Origin: Cyanobacteria bacterium P01_D01_bin.156
Lineage (GTDB): Bacteria > Cyanobacteriota > Cyanobacteriia > Phormidesmidales > Phormidesmidaceae
DNA length: 64,000 nucleotides
Assembly (NCBI GenBank): GCA_039024555.1
Contig: JBCCQQ010000021.1
Span: forward strand, 22,454-86,453
Direction: 5' to 3'
Both the position numbers and the translations under genes were made by a program. Positions 1 through 9,625 of the stretch are shown here, in pieces. The number at the start of each line of letters is the position of its first letter. Positions within the stretch are counted from its first letter, which is position 1. The notes below the pieces were generated by a model, which ran no database searches, had not been told where the DNA came from, and was given only the letters and a program-made list of their open reading frames with translations.

Positions 1-2
1 TC

Positions 3-389
3 CAAGCCGTTGCTGGAAAAACCCTTATGTTGTCAAACGGCAAACCCACAGAGGATGTCAAACAGCAAATTGCAGAGAAAACGCCAAAGCCTTATCCGTT
101 TAATATCGCCGCTCTGGATGCCACAGGGACTCGACTATGGCTGATTTTGGCAGACGGCAAACAACCGCTCTATGCCGAGGGCATTACGTTAGAAGAATCT
201 GTAGAACTCTTGCAAGAATTGAAAGTAGACACCGCACTGCGATTAGATGGCGGTGGTTCAACAACAGTTGCTATGGCAACAGATACTGGCGCTAGGATAC
301 TAAATATCCCTATTCACACTAAAATTCCGGGTCGGCAGCGTCCGGTAGCCAACAATCTAGGCTTTTTTGCAAATCCGTTGACACCCTAG
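3..389 (+). CDS. Phosphodiester glycosidase (NAGPA/DUF2233) family protein, C-terminal part (5' end outside window)
   Basis: Frame is open from base 3; family motifs 'ALRLDGGGST' and 'RPVANNLG'. Confidence 0.8.
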   Translation, partial: QAVAGKTLMLSNGKPTEDVKQQIAEKTPKPYPFNIAALDATGTRLWLILADGKQPLYAEGITLEESVELLQELKVDTALRLDGGGSTTVAMATDTGARILNIPIHTKIPGRQRPVANNLGFFANPLTP

Positions 390-686
390 AAACCGCCTAT
401 AGCTTTTAGCGCGCACTGATGTGGTGCACTATGTACGCCAAGCTATCCAAGCAACCTAAGTTTTTTCTGTGAGTCCCACTTAATTCTGTTGGTTTATAAA
501 GAGCTCACAGAGGCTAAATCAATTTTTTATGAGACTTTTAGGGTTTGATATAACCTTAATAATGTCTCCTATGAATTCATATAAAGTTTGGACAGAACTA
601 GGGTTTTCACCTACTAATTCATATATCGTTTGAGTAGGGTCAGAATTTTCACGTAGACGATATTCCTGAATCAATTTAGAAAACCC

Positions 687-3600
687 ATGACTAAGCGCCT
701 GGCTCCCTCGGGAGTATATGATTCCACCTTCGCATTTCTTGCGCTAGCCGATGGGGAGCAGGTGGTTCAAGACGCAACCATCGTTGACTCCACTGCGACA
801 GCCATCGTTACTTTTCTACTAGCAGAAGATGAGAGCGGGTTAGCTTATAAAATCCAGCTCAATGGTTTGAACCTCAAAGCAGATCCGCTTAGCCGTACGA
901 CAGATAACGACGTTACCAGGATTCACTTCCATGTTGGTGCACCGGGTACCAACGGTGGTCACACACTAAATATTTTTGGTATACCTAGCCAGGATGACAA
1001 TGATGTCATCATTGATTACGAGAATAATATTATCTCAGGGATTTGGGACGATCCTGATGCCACTGATCTAAATGGTGATGGCGATACAGATGATGGCCCA
1101 GAATCTAAGCCCATAAGCGACTTTCTCGATGAGCTAAACGCAGGTGAACTCTATATTCAGGTTCATGATGTCGCTTCGGATAAGCTGGGAACGCCCGGTG
1201 CCGTGCGGGGTCAAATTCAGCCGCTCAAATCTGATAAGAGTTTTACGGTGTTGGCTGAGGGGAACAAAGTTGTTCAACCCCAATCAATTCCCGATTCTAC
1301 GACAACTGCAACCGCAACATTTACTCCCCTGAATGACGGAGAGCTATTGGCCTACCACATTGAGTTGGATGGTCTAAATCTTGAGGCTGATCCTACCAAG
1401 AGAACGGCAGACAATGATGTCACAAAGATTCATCTACACCAGGGAGCTGAAGGGGCGAATGGTCCCCACGCCCTGAATATAGCCGGTAAGCCCAGTGAAG
1501 ATGATCTAAATCTCTTGATAGATTTTGAACGCAATGCGCTGATAGGTGTCTGGGATGATACCGATGCCAGCGATTTAAATGGTGATGGCGACAGTAATGA
1601 TGGGCCAGAAACAAAGCTTCTGAGTGAGCTGATTGACGAGATAGAAGCACGACAAACCTATCTACAGGTTCATGCTGTAGAGGCTGATAAGCTGGGAACT
1701 CCGGGGACAGTGCGAGGACAGCTAGATCCATCCATCACGAAGCCGACACCGTCAAAGCAAGAGATTTTTGTTGCGATCGCAGACGGCCCCCAAGTTGTTC
1801 AAGATCCCTCTGTTCCTGACAGCAAGGCAACCGCAACAGTTACCTTCATTTTGGCAGAGGATGGTAGCGGTCTTGCTTATCAGATTCAGCTGAATGGCCT
1901 TACCCTAAAGGAAGATCCGGCGGCTCGTACTGAAGATAATGATGTCACCAAAATTCATATCCATGCCGGTGAACGTGGCCAAAACGGTCCCCACACCCTA
2001 AATATTTTTGGTAAGCCCAGTGAAGACGATGATAATCTTGTCGTAGATTACGAAAATGGCATCATTACCGGTATGTGGGACAACGGCGATGCCACCGACC
2101 TCAACGGCGATGGTGACACTGACGACGGGCCAGAATCGAAACCCCTCAGTGAGTTTATTGAGGCACTGAGAGCGGGCGATCTGTACATTCAGGTTCACGA
2201 TGTTGCTGCCGACAAACTGGACACTCCTGGCAGTGTTCGGGGGCAAATTATGCCCATCGACGCAGTAGACAGCTTCACCATGGTGGCTGATGGTGAGCAG
2301 GTGGTTCAGGACGAATCTATTGCAGATTCTGCCGCTACAGCAACTGCCACCTTTACCCCTACTGAGGAAGGGTTAGCCTACGAGATTGAGATTGACGGTC
2401 TCACCCTAAAAGCAGATCCGGCCAACCGCACAGAAGATAATGACGTGACCAAAATTCACGTGCACATTGGTCCCGAAGGCGAAAATGGTCCCCATGGTCT
2501 CAACATTTTTGGTAAACCCAGTGAAGATGATGACGATCTCGAAGTAGATTTTGAAAACGGGATTATCAGAGGTCTTTGGGACGATGGTGATGCCACCGAT
2601 CTAAATGGTGATGGAGATACCAGCGATCCGAATGAAACTAAGCCCCTCAGTGAGCTGATTGATGAATTGGAAGCTGGGCAGCTCTATCTTCAGATTCATG
2701 ATGTAGCTGCTGACAAGTTAGGGACTCCTGGCACCATTCGCGGGCAGATTAACCCACCACCTCAGGCCGATGTTTTTACCCTGGTGGCCGATGGCGCCCA
2801 AGTGGTGCAAGACGAGTCTATTCCTGACTCTACGGCTAGAGCAACTGCCACCTTCATTCTGGCAAAGGATGGTAGCGGTCTGACCTATCAGATCAAGCTA
2901 GATGGGCTATCCCTCACAGAAGACATCGTTGACCGCACCGCAGCCAACGATGTCACCCGCATTCATCTGCACGTGGGTCCTGAAGGTGAAAATGGTCCCC
3001 ACACCTTAAACATCTTTGGACTGCCAAGTGAAGATGACGACAATCTGGTCATTGATTTTGAAAATGGCATCATCACCGGCATTTGGGATGACCATGATGC
3101 TACCGACCTGAATGGCGACGGTGATACCGATGATGGGCCGGAAACTAAACCCCTTAGTAACTTCATCAATGAGTTACAAACTGGTGAAATCTATATTCAG
3201 ATCCACACTGTGGAATCCGACCAGCTAGGTACCCCTGGTGCTATTCGTGGTCAAGTGGTTCCCCTATTTGAAACAGATCAACCCCTTCCCCTGACTCCCC
3301 CCATAGAAAACATCGTCGGCACCAATGCTAAAGACAACATTGTGGGTGGCCCTGGGGCTCAGCTTATCCTCGGCCAAGGGGGAGATGATGCCCTTCGAGG
3401 TGGCCCTGGCAACGACGAGATCTTTGGTGACGACGGCAATGATGTCATCCGCGACGGCGTCGGTGACGACACTCTCAACGGTGGCGATGGCAATGATAGT
3501 CTTGACGGCGGTGCTGGCAATGACCTGCTAAAAGGCGGTGCTGGCGACGATAACTTATTTGGTGCCCGGGATAACGATACTCTTAAGGGTGGAAGCGGCA

Positions 3601-4214
3601 ACGACATTGTCAAAGGAGGTATGGGCGACGACTATATCTCCGGTAATGCTGGCAATGACCTACTCCAGGGGGGCATCGGCAACGATCTACTAAAAGGTGA
3701 CGACGGTGACGATGACTTGGACGGCGGCGTTGGTAACGACCTGCTAAAGGGTGGCTATGGGGATGACAAACTGTTTGGCGGTCGCGACAATGATACCCTC
3801 AAGGGAGATAATGGCAATGACATCGTCATGGGTGGCATGGGCGACGACAACTTAGAAGGCAATGACGGTAAAGATTTTGTCCAGGGTGGCCTGGGTAACG
3901 ATAACCTAGACGGTGGGGCCGGTAAAGATACCTTGTCCGGTGGTGAGGGCAACGACAACCTCATTGGTGGCGAGGGCAACGATCTACTGGCTGGTGGTCG
4001 CGGCTACGACACCTTTATTCTCATGGTGGGTGGTGGTACCGATACCATTACTGACTTCGGGGTTGGCATTGACCTGATTGGTCTATCCAGTGGTTTGAGT
4101 TTTAGCAAGCTTACGCTTACGGGCAATGATATTGTCTTCAATAATGAAGTCCTGGCAACTCTAGATGGTGTTGTTACTAGTGATCTAACAGAAGCTAACT
4201 TTACGGTTATCTAA
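687..4214 (+). CDS. Secreted protein with five CHRD-like domains and C-terminal RTX/hemolysin-type Ca-binding repeats
   Basis: Five ~170-aa repeats with IHxHxG..G.NG.H / G.LYIQVH / PG.VRGQ motifs; many GGxGxDxL nonapeptides; typical 'GTDTITDF..GID.IGL' tail. Confidence 0.85.
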   Translation: MTKRLAPSGVYDSTFAFLALADGEQVVQDATIVDSTATAIVTFLLAEDESGLAYKIQLNGLNLKADPLSRTTDNDVTRIHFHVGAPGTNGGHTLNIFGIPSQDDNDVIIDYENNIISGIWDDPDATDLNGDGDTDDGPESKPISDFLDELNAGELYIQVHDVASDKLGTPGAVRGQIQPLKSDKSFTVLAEGNKVVQPQSIPDSTTTATATFTPLNDGELLAYHIELDGLNLEADPTKRTADNDVTKIHLHQGAEGANGPHALNIAGKPSEDDLNLLIDFERNALIGVWDDTDASDLNGDGDSNDGPETKLLSELIDEIEARQTYLQVHAVEADKLGTPGTVRGQLDPSITKPTPSKQEIFVAIADGPQVVQDPSVPDSKATATVTFILAEDGSGLAYQIQLNGLTLKEDPAARTEDNDVTKIHIHAGERGQNGPHTLNIFGKPSEDDDNLVVDYENGIITGMWDNGDATDLNGDGDTDDGPESKPLSEFIEALRAGDLYIQVHDVAADKLDTPGSVRGQIMPIDAVDSFTMVADGEQVVQDESIADSAATATATFTPTEEGLAYEIEIDGLTLKADPANRTEDNDVTKIHVHIGPEGENGPHGLNIFGKPSEDDDDLEVDFENGIIRGLWDDGDATDLNGDGDTSDPNETKPLSELIDELEAGQLYLQIHDVAADKLGTPGTIRGQINPPPQADVFTLVADGAQVVQDESIPDSTARATATFILAKDGSGLTYQIKLDGLSLTEDIVDRTAANDVTRIHLHVGPEGENGPHTLNIFGLPSEDDDNLVIDFENGIITGIWDDHDATDLNGDGDTDDGPETKPLSNFINELQTGEIYIQIHTVESDQLGTPGAIRGQVVPLFETDQPLPLTPPIENIVGTNAKDNIVGGPGAQLILGQGGDDALRGGPGNDEIFGDDGNDVIRDGVGDDTLNGGDGNDSLDGGAGNDLLKGGAGDDNLFGARDNDTLKGGSGNDIVKGGMGDDYISGNAGNDLLQGGIGNDLLKGDDGDDDLDGGVGNDLLKGGYGDDKLFGGRDNDTLKGDNGNDIVMGGMGDDNLEGNDGKDFVQGGLGNDNLDGGAGKDTLSGGEGNDNLIGGEGNDLLAGGRGYDTFILMVGGGTDTITDFGVGIDLIGLSSGLSFSKLTLTGNDIVFNNEVLATLDGVVTSDLTEANFTVI
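1773..1780. repeat. HIP1 octamer GCGATCGC (one example; many more copies across the window)
   Basis: Recurs e.g. near 8621, 13321, 29311, 44366, 50321, 59401; a cyanobacterial hallmark. Confidence 0.9.
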
Positions 4215-4241
4215 AGCACTCTCTAGATAAAAAAGAGAGAC

Positions 4242-4275
4242 CAAAGGGGCCTGAAAAATTTTTCAGGCCCCTTTG
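4242..4275. terminator. Perfect 34-bp palindrome after the CHRD gene, probable terminator
   Basis: caaaggggcctgaaaaa|tttttcaggcccctttg. Confidence 0.7.
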
Positions 4276-4780
4276 AGTCTTAAATACGGAGAAGGTAAGA
4301 CTCTTTTTAAGACCATATGCGCCGACATTTGAGCAGAAAATCTGCTAGCTCTACTCTACCGATTGGCAAATTTTGAACGGCTTCTTAATGGCCCCCATAG
4401 CGTTTCTCCATCAGATAAACCTATTTGACAGACTTATGCACGACAACTGAATAAAATACTTCAGTACAGAGCATCTATAAACAGCACACCCAGTACATGA
4501 GATTGAGTCTCAATAGCAAAATCAACAAAAATTGTTTTATTAATCATAAACTCTAGATAGTGCAAAGACTCTTTAGTTAAACAATGTTTAATTACTAAGC
4601 ATTTCTCCCAACTGAAACCTATATCAGGGTTTACGTACATTTACAGAAAACTTCTAAAAAAACAATTAAACCCAATAAAATTTAGAAAAAATAACTGCTT
4701 TTTCTAAATTGGTCAAATCCTTTAGCGAGAGCCCTCTGAGGTCTTTAAATGATTTTGGTATCAGTGAAGACCGTTTTGCC

Positions 4781-4821
4781 TTTAACTATAGCGAATCTTC
4801 TATTAACCTCCCCTTTACCTT
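4781..4821 (+). promoter_or_regulatory. Pho box-like (SphR) site upstream of the hypothetical-phoX-PEP-CTERM unit
   Basis: TTAACCT (4803) and TTTACCT (4814) 11 bp apart, plus TTAACTA (4782); resembles cyanobacterial PyTTAAPyPy(T/A) repeats. Confidence 0.55.
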
Positions 4822-4937
4822 AAAAAAAATCGTTTGTGGAACTATGTCTTGTGGGGGATAAGTGGTAGTCGTCTGACTGACACTGTCTGAGTTGAGTTTC
4901 ATAAGTACTGCCAAGGTATGTTGGCTAGTTATTTTTT

Positions 4938-5468
4938 ATGCTATCTAGCAGGCTGTTGCTGGGCCTTTTCTCAGTGGTGACGTGTTCTATTAGCGCGTTG
5001 TTTGTAGTCAGTTTTCCTGAGTCAGCCCTAGCAAGTTCAAACAGGCCAATCCTTCTGGATATGCCAATTTACAGTCGAACTTCTAGCGATGACTTAATCA
5101 GTCAGGCTGAGTCTATGGCCGAGAAAGAGATTAATCAATCCTTCAGCTCCAATCCTGAACTTGCTGAGATTGAGGTTGTTGTATTGGGTAATCGCAATGG
5201 TGATGTTATCCCCGTTTTGACGACCACTGTTTCTCGGACTCAATGGCAGGAAAATCCACAGGTTAGTGCCTGGTCAAAGTATTACCAAGCATATGCTTTA
5301 CTGCGACGGCACGATAGGCAGCCGCCTACACAGGTTGCCAACACTCCGTCTCGCCGCTCTACAGCAGCTGTTGCGTCGCGGAGTATTTCCATTCAGTTTG
5401 ATCGACAGTTCGACTCTAATCGGCTAAGCGGTCAAACAATACAAGACTACGCTGACCTTGTGGACTAG
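4938..5468 (+). CDS. Hypothetical exported protein (paralog of 8420..8905)
   Basis: Signal peptide ending ALA; shares F..NP....I...VL..RNG.V.P.L...(V/I)SR..WQ..P.V..W..Y with the paralog. Confidence 0.75.
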   Translation: MLSSRLLLGLFSVVTCSISALFVVSFPESALASSNRPILLDMPIYSRTSSDDLISQAESMAEKEINQSFSSNPELAEIEVVVLGNRNGDVIPVLTTTVSRTQWQENPQVSAWSKYYQAYALLRRHDRQPPTQVANTPSRRSTAAVASRSISIQFDRQFDSNRLSGQTIQDYADLVD

Positions 5469-5596
5469 CGTTCAAAAGGTTAACTCGATGGACGGAGTTC
5501 TCCTGATGGGGTTCCTCAAAAGGGACTTGATTGGAGGGCTTCACGGTCAGTTTCTTAATTGGTGCAATCGCGATCTAAGAGGGAGCTCATATATCC

Positions 5597-7471
5597 ATGC
5601 CTCACGACAACGAAGTCTGCAATCGTTCTAGTAACCGTCCCTTTGAGGACATCATGAAAGCGAGCCTATCTCGCCGTAATCTGCTTAAGCGCAGTGCTGT
5701 TCTATCAGCTACTGGCTTCATGGGCGCATTTGTTGGTGAAAGCTTACTGGCAAAAAGTGCTGCTGCTGCTACTCGTCAAGTAGGCGGTGGTACTCTACTA
5801 GCTCAGACAACTGGTCTGCTTGGCTTCCCTGCATTGAAAATTGCAGACGCTATTGTGGACCCAGCTACACCTTCTATTGCTGAAGGGTACTCATTTCAGG
5901 CTCTAGTTCCTTGGGGAACACCTATTCAGCCTGGTGGTCCTGAGTACGATGGTGACCCCTCTACTCGCCCCACAGCTGCTGAACAAGCTGAGCAGGTTGG
6001 TATTGGCCACGATGGTATTTGGTTCTTTGGTAAGAATGGCCTCAGCAGTACTGAAGGTATGCTGTGTGTGAACCATGAGTTTGGTCGCAACAGCCATGTC
6101 CTTGGTAAAGATGCTCCTGAGAGTTTGGAAGACGTTCGTCTGTCTCAGCACGCTCATGGTGTTTCCGTTATTGCTATTAAGAACGAAAATGGTCAGTGGG
6201 TTCCCGTTGGTAACTCCAACAACCGCCGTATCCATGTGAACACTGAGGTTGAATTCAGTGGACCTGTAGCAGGTCATGATCTGCTAAAGAACGCTGCCAA
6301 TAACGTTTTCCAGGGTACTGTTAACAACTGTGGTAACGGTTACACTCCTTGGGGCACTTATCTGACCTGTGAAGAGAACTTCAACGGTTACTTTGGTTCT
6401 TCTGAGGGAGAAGCTTTTGTTCCTAACGAAGAGCAAGATCGTTACGGTTTTGATTTCGATGGTTTTGGCTACGGTTGGGAGAAGTTCGACCCCCGCTTTG
6501 ACCTATCTAACCCCGATTATGCAAACGAGCATCATCGCTTTGGTTGGATTGTTGAAATCGACCCCGAAGATGGCTCTAAGAAGGCGGTAAAGCGTACAGC
6601 TCTAGGTCGTTTTAAGCATGAAGGTTTCGCCTTCTCCACCGGTGCTGGCGGTCGTGCAGTTGGTTACATGGGTGATGACCAGCGTTTTGACTACTGCTAT
6701 CGATATGTTTCTCAGGCTAGCTGGCGTGCAATGCGTGCTCGTGGTTTGAGCCCCTTTGACTTTGGTAAGCTTTACGTTGCCAAGTTCAACGAAGATGGTA
6801 CTGGTGAATGGTTGGAGCTGAATGTTCGCAACCCCAAGCTAAGTGCAAGATTTAAGGATCAAGCTGAGGTTCTAACCTTTGCTCGCATAGCTGCTGACAT
6901 TCTAGGTGCGACTCCTATGGATCGCCCTGAGTGGACTACAGTTGCTAACGATGGTGCTATTTTCTGGGCGCTGACTAACAACAGCCGTCGTGAAGAAACT
7001 GGTCCTGGTAGCCCTCTAGCTCCCAACCCAGACGGTCACATTCTCCGCATGGTTGATAGCAACAACCACACTGGTACTAGCTTCACTTGGACTATTCCGT
7101 TCATTGCTGAAGAGACTCACGAAGAGGGTGATGAGACTACATTCAGCGATCCTGATGCACTTTGGGCTGACCCCGATGGTCGTCTGTTCATCGGTACTGA
7201 CGGTGGTCAGCAGAAGGATCTAAACAACCAGATGTTGGTTGCTGACCCTGCCACTGGTGAGATTCGTCGTCTATTCACTGGCGTAGCAGGTGATGAAATC
7301 ACTGGTTGTGCAGTTACTCCTGACCGTACTGCTTTGTTCACCAACACTCAGCATCCCGGTAACGGTAACCCTGAACTGACTAACTTCCCTGCACCCACTG
7401 ACGGTGTAACTATTCCTCGTGATTGCACTGTCGTTATCACGAAGAATGACGGTGGTATCGTTGGTTCCTAA
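5597..7471 (+). CDS. phoX: PhoX-family alkaline phosphatase (DUF839), Tat-exported
   Basis: SRRNLL Tat motif; NHE, NCGNG.TPWGTYLTCEEN, GRFKHE, MDRPEW, TDG, QHPG motifs. Confidence 0.92.
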   Translation: MPHDNEVCNRSSNRPFEDIMKASLSRRNLLKRSAVLSATGFMGAFVGESLLAKSAAAATRQVGGGTLLAQTTGLLGFPALKIADAIVDPATPSIAEGYSFQALVPWGTPIQPGGPEYDGDPSTRPTAAEQAEQVGIGHDGIWFFGKNGLSSTEGMLCVNHEFGRNSHVLGKDAPESLEDVRLSQHAHGVSVIAIKNENGQWVPVGNSNNRRIHVNTEVEFSGPVAGHDLLKNAANNVFQGTVNNCGNGYTPWGTYLTCEENFNGYFGSSEGEAFVPNEEQDRYGFDFDGFGYGWEKFDPRFDLSNPDYANEHHRFGWIVEIDPEDGSKKAVKRTALGRFKHEGFAFSTGAGGRAVGYMGDDQRFDYCYRYVSQASWRAMRARGLSPFDFGKLYVAKFNEDGTGEWLELNVRNPKLSARFKDQAEVLTFARIAADILGATPMDRPEWTTVANDGAIFWALTNNSRREETGPGSPLAPNPDGHILRMVDSNNHTGTSFTWTIPFIAEETHEEGDETTFSDPDALWADPDGRLFIGTDGGQQKDLNNQMLVADPATGEIRRLFTGVAGDEITGCAVTPDRTALFTNTQHPGNGNPELTNFPAPTDGVTIPRDCTVVITKNDGGIVGS

Positions 7472-7580
7472 CTAGTGAGTGTTTCCCGCTGTGGATGATA
7501 TTTGTCCACAGTGGGAAAATAACTGGGGGGACGTGACGCAGATTTCATTCATCATTTCTTTTTATCAATATCATAGAGTT

Positions 7581-8150
7581 ATGAAACGGATTGTTTTAGC
7601 TGCAAGCGCAGCCCTCGGTGTAGCTGCTTTTGCAGCACCTGCTCAAGCAGCTATTTTCCAGTGGAATGTTGATTACACTGGTTTCTTTGATGGTGCTTCC
7701 ATCAGTGGTTTTTTCACTGCTGATGAGACTGCAGCGACTGATGGCATTGTATCTGCCGATGAGTTTGAAGCTTGGGAGTGGAACTGGAGTGGCAATAGTG
7801 AAATAGATGCATTTTCTGTTTCTTCCACTAACGGTGGTGAGGTAGCAACTTTCCTAGACACACCCGGCTTCTTTGTTGATGGCACTCCTAATGAAGTAGA
7901 GCTTGCTGATGGTTTAGATCAGGGTTTCTATTCTGACGCTGACTTCGGTGTTGATTTGGAATTCTTGACTGTTGAAGCTTTTTCCATCGGTAGTCCTATC
8001 ACAGGTACAGCAACTTCCGGTACTGCTGCACCGACTGCTACTATCGCTGTAGCTGATCCTGTACCTGTTCCTGAGCCTGCTACTATCCTAGGTCTTTTGA
8101 CTATGGCTGGGGCTGCTGCTGTTGTTAAGCGTCAGAAGCAAGCTGCTTAG
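7581..8150 (+). CDS. PEP-CTERM sorting-domain protein
   Basis: Signal peptide AQA; C-terminal VPEPATILGLL-TM-KRQK. Confidence 0.9.
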   Translation: MKRIVLAASAALGVAAFAAPAQAAIFQWNVDYTGFFDGASISGFFTADETAATDGIVSADEFEAWEWNWSGNSEIDAFSVSSTNGGEVATFLDTPGFFVDGTPNEVELADGLDQGFYSDADFGVDLEFLTVEAFSIGSPITGTATSGTAAPTATIAVADPVPVPEPATILGLLTMAGAAAVVKRQKQAA

Positions 8151-8278
8151 TTGCAAAACTAATGACATTTCAGATGTAGTTTTAGCGCTATTGCTTGCTG
8201 GGAAAAGTTGACAGCACTATAGGGATGATTACATCTTGCTGGTTAGCCTCTTTTTTGAGGCTATAATGGCATAATCTT

Positions 8279-8312
8279 TAAACCTCTGGATAAACATCCA
8301 GGGGTTTATTTT
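8279..8312 (+). terminator. Rho-independent terminator
   Basis: taaacctctggat-aaac-atccaggggttta followed by T run. Confidence 0.65.
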
Positions 8313-8419
8313 GTTGGAAGCTAATCTGTTATTAAACTCTTCTTATCGGAATATTTAAGGGATAAACCTAAGGTTTAGTGTCTTGGTGTGCAATCTTTTT
8401 CAACACCAGCGGATGTAAT

Positions 8420-8905
8420 ATGTTGAAGTTTTTGGCTAATCTTTTACTAGGCAGTTTAACAGGACTGTTAGGTATGTTTGCTATCAGTGTGTCCACATTA
8501 GCTCAAGAGGCAATAGTAGAACAGCAAACTGAAACTCTATCTGTTAATGTCACCGTTGAAGCAGATCGGATGAGGGACTATGGTCAGCTGATGGGGCAGG
8601 TGGTTGGTAGAGCAAACGATGCGATCGCAAATGCCTTTGAAACAAATCCCGACACTAAGGCCATCAATGCCACTGTGCTCATCAGTCGTAACGGACAGGT
8701 ACTTCCAATTTTAGTCGCAGAAATTTCCCGTGATGCATGGCAACAACAGCCAGATGTACAAAGCTGGGCGCGCTACAGTACGAGTGTTCGTAGTCTGTTG
8801 GGATATGCTCCACCTGCAAGGACAGCTACTAGAACAGTCGTTGATGAGCCATCTCCTCACCAAGCATTTCTTGAGCGTGAAGCATTAATTGATCAGCTCG
8901 ACTAA
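8420..8905 (+). CDS. Hypothetical exported protein (paralog of 4938..5468)
   Basis: Hydrophobic N-terminus and shared core motif; ATG at 8420 preferred over the GTG at 8378. Confidence 0.75.
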   Translation: MLKFLANLLLGSLTGLLGMFAISVSTLAQEAIVEQQTETLSVNVTVEADRMRDYGQLMGQVVGRANDAIANAFETNPDTKAINATVLISRNGQVLPILVAEISRDAWQQQPDVQSWARYSTSVRSLLGYAPPARTATRTVVDEPSPHQAFLEREALIDQLD

Positions 8906-9296
8906 TAGAGTACTTAGGGATCTATCAAAAGATAATAAGCCTCCCAGATTAGAACAGGAAAAGATTAAGGGGCAATGGGTAAGAGGCCATTGATGGGTAT
9001 TTTATTTGCCCGCAGGTCCCTTAGTGAAAGTATATACGAGTAACATAGGCAAATGGAAATCTGTTCGATTTGTTGAGCAGACTATGTGACACATGGCGAT
9101 AAGTAAACAAAAATCAGAGATTGTTATTGTCGTAAGCAATACTTAAACGAACTATATTTCACACTTCTTTGTAAGGCTGCACACATATTGATCTGAATAC
9201 TATGGCTGTAGCCTTATATTTTTTATGCCTGAAAAGATAGGCAACACATGAGTCTCGGGCAATCTCACATAACGACTATGGGTGCAAAAAAATAAG

Positions 9297-9351
9297 ACTA
9301 AGCTCTCTTTAATCGCACCTTAACTACCTATCAGAAATCGATTGATAGAAT
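9297..9351 (+). promoter_or_regulatory. Pho box-like site plus extended -10 upstream of the second phoX
   Basis: CTAAGCT/TTAATCG/TTAACTA at 9298/9309/9320 (11-bp period); TGaTAGAAT at 9343-9351. Confidence 0.6.
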
Positions 9352-9625
9352 CTGGGCGCATATGTTTCAGAAGTAGTAGATTTTTTGCTGGAGATAATAA
9401 GTCAAATAGGACTAGAAGATTTATAGTGCCATTTGTTTATTCTCTCTGTAGAAATCTGTCTGCATTATGTCTTGAGAACGTTTTTAGCACTGTTATCGGC
9501 CAAATAGTTCGAAGCAGATACATCAGTGTTTAAAGCCGATCGTCACAACAACAGTCTTAATCTTTGACTATCCAACGGAGTTCCGCCTGTATTTACCGTT
9601 TTATTATTAGAGAGGAAAGAGCATA

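Noticed and set aside
3325..3979. Ser/Pro/Leu-rich alternative and antisense ORFs over RTX repeats (also 19527-20024 and 11212-11577)
   Set aside because: Shadow frames of repetitive real genes.
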